DNA from: Acidobacteriota bacterium
GTDB lineage: Bacteria; Acidobacteriota; UBA890; WLXD01
Direction: 5' to 3'
Assembly (NCBI GenBank): GCA_965248695.1
Contig: CBDFKD010000002.1
Coordinates: 3,424,001 to 3,488,000 of the forward strand
Length of the DNA stretch: 64,000 bases
Position numbers and translations under genes: made by a program. The notes beneath the pieces were generated by a model. That model had not been told where the DNA came from. It did not search any database and saw only the letters and a list, made by a program, of their open reading frames with translations. Positions 59,626 through 64,000 of the stretch are shown here, one piece after another; within the stretch, counting starts at the first letter, position 1; every line of letters starts with the position of its first letter.

Positions 59626-61395
59626 TCAGCGCAGCGGCCAGAACATCGGGACGAGAAGCACCAGTACGCCCAACGCAATGAGGCTCAGCGGCACGCCGGC
59701 GACGATGAAGTCGCGAAACCGGTATCTGCCCGGCGAGTAGACCAGCAGACATGCGGGCTCGAACGGCGCGATGAATGACAGCGATGCAGCGAGCGTCACC
59801 AAGATCGCCAGGGCGCGCGCGTCGACGCCGATGCGATCGGCGACCGAGAGCGCTATCGGCAGAACCACCAGGGCCGCGGCCGCGTTCGACAGTGGTTGGG
59901 TGAGCACCATGGTCAACACGACGAAGGCGGCCATCACCGCATAGGTCCCGAACGGAAGCACGGCGTCGGCCAGCAGCCGCGCCAACCAGTCGGCGGCACC
60001 GGTTTTCTGCAGCGCCACGCCGAAGGAAGTCATGCCGCCGATGAGCACGATGACTCGCCAGTCGATCATCGAGTACATCTCGTCCACCGCCACGCACCGC
60101 GACAACACGACCAGCACCACGGCGAGCAGAAACGCGATCGATAGCGGCATGATGCCGGTGCTTCCGGCCAGCACTGCTCCCAGCAGCGCCCCCAAGACGA
60201 TGATGCCCTTGCGTTGCGCCGACGGCTCATGCGCAACCTCACCGATCAGCCGCAGGTCGCCCGTCGCCTCGAGCAATCCAAGCTGCCCTTGGCCGCCACG
60301 CACGAGCATGATGTCGCCGACGGCGAGGCGCAAATCGCGCAACCCGATGGCGTACGGAACGCCCCGGCGGTGGATCGCCAGAACCGAGGCGCCGTAGCGA
60401 TTGCGCAGCCCGATGTCACGCAGGGTACGGCCGAGGAACAAGGAGCCCGGCATGACGATTGCTTCCACCAAGGACACGGCATCGCCTTCCAGGTCCTCGT
60501 CGACCAGCGGCGTCGGGCGCTGAAAATCGAGCCCAGGCATGGCCTCCAGATCCAGCAGCGCTTGCCGGTCTGCCTCGATCACGAGGACGTCATGGTCACG
60601 CAACGACCCGGCGCGTCGCGGCAAGAGACGCTTCCCGTCTCGCACCACCGCTAGCACGTAGACGCCACGATCGGCGAGATCCAGTGCGATCAGATCGTTG
60701 CCGACGAGCTCGCATTCCGCACCCAGCACCACCTCCGACAGGTAGCGTCCGAGGTCGTACTCCTCGCTCAATGACGGCTTCGCGGTCTTCGGCAGCAGGC
60801 GATAACCGAAGAGCGTCGTGTAGACGATTCCGGCAACGCTCATCACCGCTCCCACCGGCAGCAGCTCGAACAGGCCGAGTGGCTCGAGGCCGGCACGCTC
60901 CATGAACCCGCTGGCGGCAAGGTTCGCGGAGGTGCCGATGAGCGTGCAGGCGCCACCGAGCATCGACGCATATGCCAGCGGAATGAGGAAACGGCTGGGG
61001 CTGAGCTGGCTGCGACGCGAGAACTCGATGACCGCCGGGGTCAGCACCGCGGTCGAGTTGGTGTTGCTGAGAAAGCTGGACATGACGGCGGAAAGCGTCA
61101 TCACCGTGGCTACCACTCGACGCTCGCTGTTCCCCGCTAGCTGATGCAACCAGCGGCCGACCTCCTCCATCACGCCGGTTCGAACCAGGGTTCCGGACAG
61201 GATGAAGATGGCGCACAGCACGATGATCACATCGCTGGCAAAGCCGGCAAACGCCTCGGCGGGAGTGAGGATGTCCAGCAGCACCATCACCAGGACGAGG
61301 CTGATGGCGACCACATCGATCGGCAGCCACTCGAGCGAGAAGATCACCATCGCCGTCGCCAGCAGGGCGAGGAGAATGCCGATCTCGAAGGTCAC
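59626..61395 (-). CDS. SLC13/CitMHS-type permease with two TrkA-C domains
   Basis: SSFLSNT, GGACTLIGTSANL, two RCK_C repeats (VLAVVRDG, VLAIHRRG), TQPLSNAAA, PGRYRFRDF. Confidence 0.9.
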   Translation of the reverse strand: MTFEIGILLALLATAMVIFSLEWLPIDVVAISLVLVMVLLDILTPAEAFAGFASDVIIVLCAIFILSGTLVRTGVMEEVGRWLHQLAGNSERRVVATVMTLSAVMSSFLSNTNSTAVLTPAVIEFSRRSQLSPSRFLIPLAYASMLGGACTLIGTSANLAASGFMERAGLEPLGLFELLPVGAVMSVAGIVYTTLFGYRLLPKTAKPSLSEEYDLGRYLSEVVLGAECELVGNDLIALDLADRGVYVLAVVRDGKRLLPRRAGSLRDHDVLVIEADRQALLDLEAMPGLDFQRPTPLVDEDLEGDAVSLVEAIVMPGSLFLGRTLRDIGLRNRYGASVLAIHRRGVPYAIGLRDLRLAVGDIMLVRGGQGQLGLLEATGDLRLIGEVAHEPSAQRKGIIVLGALLGAVLAGSTGIMPLSIAFLLAVVLVVLSRCVAVDEMYSMIDWRVIVLIGGMTSFGVALQKTGAADWLARLLADAVLPFGTYAVMAAFVVLTMVLTQPLSNAAAALVVLPIALSVADRIGVDARALAILVTLAASLSFIAPFEPACLLVYSPGRYRFRDFIVAGVPLSLIALGVLVLLVPMFWPLR

Positions 61396-61407
61396 GGCGA
61401 TCGGCGC

Positions 61408-62196
61408 CTATTCGATCAGGCGCGCGCGGCGGACATAGTCGAGCAACGGGTACTCACTGTCCAGGTAGCGATTGCCTTGCGACCGGATGCGTCCCTGATC
61501 TGGCCCGGCACCTTGCGGAGGCCCATCGCCGTATCCGTTGTACAGGCTGTCCAGCACGCCGAGTCCTTCGACGATCTCGCCAAACGGAGGGAAGTTCTGC
61601 CGGTCGAGGAAGGAGTTGTTGCCGAGACTCAGGAAGAACTGAGTGGCTCGCGTATTGGGGCCACCGTGGGCGAAGGTGATCCGACCACGGGAGTTGGTCT
61701 GACCGACGGTCGGGTCGTCCTGCAACTCGGCCGCGTCCCACACCGCGTGGACGTCGGAATCACCGTTCATCCCGAACTGGGCCACAAACCCGTCGACGAC
61801 TCGGAAAAAGCGCACGTCGGTGAAGAACCCGACGCGCACCAGGTTGTAGAAGCGATCCGCCCCCAGTGGCGCCCAATCACGATACACCTGCAGCACGATG
61901 TTGCCCTTGGAGGTATCGAGCTCGACGCGATACTGCGCCGGAGCGGTCTGATTAGCGTCCGGGTGCGCCGGGTTCGACAACGGCGGAAGCTCCGGTGGCG
62001 CCGGAACGGATTCCGGATCGGATTCCGGCTCGGAAGCCGTCGGTTCCGGCGGCGCGGCGGTCGGCTCCGACACCGGCGCCTCGGTGGGCGGCGGATCGGC
62101 GCTGCCGGCAGCGTCCTCGGCGGCGGGCTCGGTCCCGCCACAGGCGACCAGGATCGCCAACAGCGACAACATCGACAGCGAGCGGAGCCAGCGCAT
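61408..62196 (-). CDS. Cyclophilin-type peptidyl-prolyl isomerase lipoprotein
   Basis: LVAC lipobox, Pro-rich linker, WAPLGADRFYNLV, FFRVVDGFVAQFG, NTRATQFF. Confidence 0.9.
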   Translation of the reverse strand: MRWLRSLSMLSLLAILVACGGTEPAAEDAAGSADPPPTEAPVSEPTAAPPEPTASEPESDPESVPAPPELPPLSNPAHPDANQTAPAQYRVELDTSKGNIVLQVYRDWAPLGADRFYNLVRVGFFTDVRFFRVVDGFVAQFGMNGDSDVHAVWDAAELQDDPTVGQTNSRGRITFAHGGPNTRATQFFLSLGNNSFLDRQNFPPFGEIVEGLGVLDSLYNGYGDGPPQGAGPDQGRIRSQGNRYLDSEYPLLDYVRRARLIE

Positions 62197-62328
62197 GCGT
62201 TCACCTCGAAGTCTGGGTGCGAACAGTACGAGCGCGAATAGTCTACCGGCCGCGGCGCGCTTTGCATTTACATTCGATAATGGATACATTCGAAAGTGAA
62301 GATTGTTACCTCTGAACCTCGGTAGCTC

Positions 62329-62688
62329 ATGCCACGAAAGACCGTTGATCCACTGAGTCACCTACCGCTCCGGCCCGTCGTGTTCGGTATCCTCGTGGTG
62401 CTTCGCGAAGCGCCGCTGCACGGCTACGGCATCATGCAGCGGGCCAACGAGCACATCGGACAGCAGGCGATCCTGGGGCCCGGAACGCTCTACCGAACGC
62501 TCAAGGAGCTGCGCGCTCAGGGGCTGATCGAACACACCGCCGCAGTCGACGGCGAAGATGCGCGGCGCCAATACTACTGCCTCACCGCCACCGGCCACCG
62601 GGTAGCTACCGCCGAGGCACGCCGTCTGGCGGAGCTCGTTCGACGCGCCGACGTGAGCCTGCTGGTCTCGGCGCCGGAAACACCGTGA
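62329..62688 (+). CDS. PadR-family transcriptional regulator
   Basis: [27 protein letters not shown]. Confidence 0.9.
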   Translation: MPRKTVDPLSHLPLRPVVFGILVVLREAPLHGYGIMQRANEHIGQQAILGPGTLYRTLKELRAQGLIEHTAAVDGEDARRQYYCLTATGHRVATAEARRLAELVRRADVSLLVSAPETP

Positions 62689-64000
62689 ACCGCAAGACGA
62701 CTTTGGCCGAGCGCGTCTACACCGCGTTGCTTCGCCTCATCCCGGCCGAGCTCCGGCGCGAAGCAGCGACCGAGATGCTCGCCGTTTTCCGAGATGGTCA
62801 TCGAGCCGCCCGACGCTCCGGTCGTCCGCTGCCGCTGTCGCGCTTCTGGATATCAACGCTACGTGACCTGTGGCGTACCGCCCGCGATCCGCACAGCCTG
62901 GCGATGTTGCGCCCACGATCGCGACCCGACTCTCCCTCCCCGGACCGTGCCAAGATGCTCGAGCTACTGCTGAAAGACCTGCGTTACGCCGTTCGTTCGC
63001 TGAGCCGATCACCGGCCTTCTCGATCGTCATCGTGTTCACGCTGGCGCTTGGCATGGGCGCCAACACCGCCATCTTCAGCGTCGTCGACGGTGTCCTGTT
63101 GCGCCCGCTGCCATTCCCCGAGCCCGACGAGCTCGTCGCCGTGTGGGCCGACTACACGCGCATCAACGGGCGCCAGCGCGAATGGCTGTCGTTCCCCGAC
63201 TTTCACGACCTCCGTGAGCTTTCGGAAGTGTTCGAGGAAGTCGGGACCTGGGGGTTCTGGGGGCCGACGCTCACCGGACACGGAGACGAGCCCGAGCAGA
63301 TCCTCGGGGTGCAGATGAGCCAGGGCCTGCTCTCCGGTGTCCTCGGCGTCTCGCCCACGATCGGCAGGGGGGTGCTGCCGGAGGAGGACAGGCCCGGCGC
63401 AGAGCGGGTCGCGGTCATCGCCCACTCGCTCTGGGAGCGCGTCTACGAGTCATCGGATAACGCCGTCGGCAGCACCATCCAGCTCGACGGTGAGCCGTAC
63501 TCGATCGTCGGGATCATGCCGGCGGCGCTGGAGCTGCCGTTCGCCCCCGGCGCCGAAGTCTGGGCGCCGCAACGCATGGACATGTCGGAGCATTTCGGAG
63601 GCCGCGGCGAGGCGGTGTTCCTCGCCGTTGGCCGGCTCCGCGACGGGGTCGACGTGACCACCGCACAGGCCGCCGCAAGTGCCCTCGGGGCGCGCTTGGA
63701 GGCGGCGTTCCCGGAGAGCAACACCAACGTGGGTTTTCTGATCTATCCGCTGCAGGCCGACCTGGTGAGCACCGCCTCGACCGCACTCTGGGTATTGCTG
63801 GCCGCAGTGGGATTCGTGCTGTTGATGGCGTGTGTGAACGTTGCCAACTTGTTGCTCGCGCAAGCGACGGCGCGCACCGCCGAGATCGGACTGCGGACGG
63901 CGCTCGGAGCGAGCCGGCGCCGCATCGTGCGCCAGCTACTGGGCGAGAGCGTCCTGCTAGCCGGGCTCGGAGGGCTGCTCGGAGCCACGCTGGGAATGTT
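62685..64000 (+). CDS. ADOP-family ABC permease, 3'-truncated by window edge
   Basis: GTGA overlap with PadR; prefix domain then [10 protein letters not shown]...[38 protein letters not shown]; not in the ORF track because it has no stop. Confidence 0.9.
   Translation, partial: MNRKTTLAERVYTALLRLIPAELRREAATEMLAVFRDGHRAARRSGRPLPLSRFWISTLRDLWRTARDPHSLAMLRPRSRPDSPSPDRAKMLELLLKDLRYAVRSLSRSPAFSIVIVFTLALGMGANTAIFSVVDGVLLRPLPFPEPDELVAVWADYTRINGRQREWLSFPDFHDLRELSEVFEEVGTWGFWGPTLTGHGDEPEQILGVQMSQGLLSGVLGVSPTIGRGVLPEEDRPGAERVAVIAHSLWERVYESSDNAVGSTIQLDGEPYSIVGIMPAALELPFAPGAEVWAPQRMDMSEHFGGRGEAVFLAVGRLRDGVDVTTAQAAASALGARLEAAFPESNTNVGFLIYPLQADLVSTASTALWVLLAAVGFVLLMACVNVANLLLAQATARTAEIGLRTALGASRRRIVRQLLGESVLLAGLGGLLGATLGM

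Noticed and set aside
62900-62975. Apparent frameshift between the ADOP prefix domain and [11 protein letters not shown]
   Set aside because: Recount shows GTG 62685 and ATG 62955 are in the same open frame

Overview
GC-rich bacterial DNA, most likely Acidobacteriota; this is inferred from two PadR + duplicated-orphan-permease (ADOP) pairs, an ECF sigma/Ser-Thr kinase-TPR pair and many secreted beta-propeller/peptidase genes. About 55 genes are supported; I saw no rRNA, tRNA or CRISPR. The first 42 kb hold envelope and metabolic genes: a PQQ-like propeller, M20/M28/M43 peptidases, CBM9-like + DUF5107-TPR, a Tat-less molybdopterin oxidoreductase with a ferredoxin-NrfD fusion and TorD-type chaperone, a LytS/LytTR pair, GTP-PEPCK, an NMT1-type ABC + FAD oxidoreductase + CoA-transferase + enoyl-CoA hydratase operon, mog, a BNR-repeat protein and a DMT transporter. 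The main object is a ~17 kb type IV filament locus (42.4-59.6 kb) in two convergent arms. It has a GspD-type secretin, a Big/PKD lipoprotein, two sets of PilMN/PilO/GspC-PDZ-like proteins, PilB, PilC and four minor pilins (one frameshifted), but no PilT or prepilin peptidase. It also carries two ~83%-identical major pilins, each with its own sigma-54 promoter, upstream activator-like site and 3' hairpin. A family of CTAG-flanked, terminal-inverted-repeat MITE-like elements sits at TAG stop codons (two full copies, two remnants). All calls are by eye from motifs; no searches were run.
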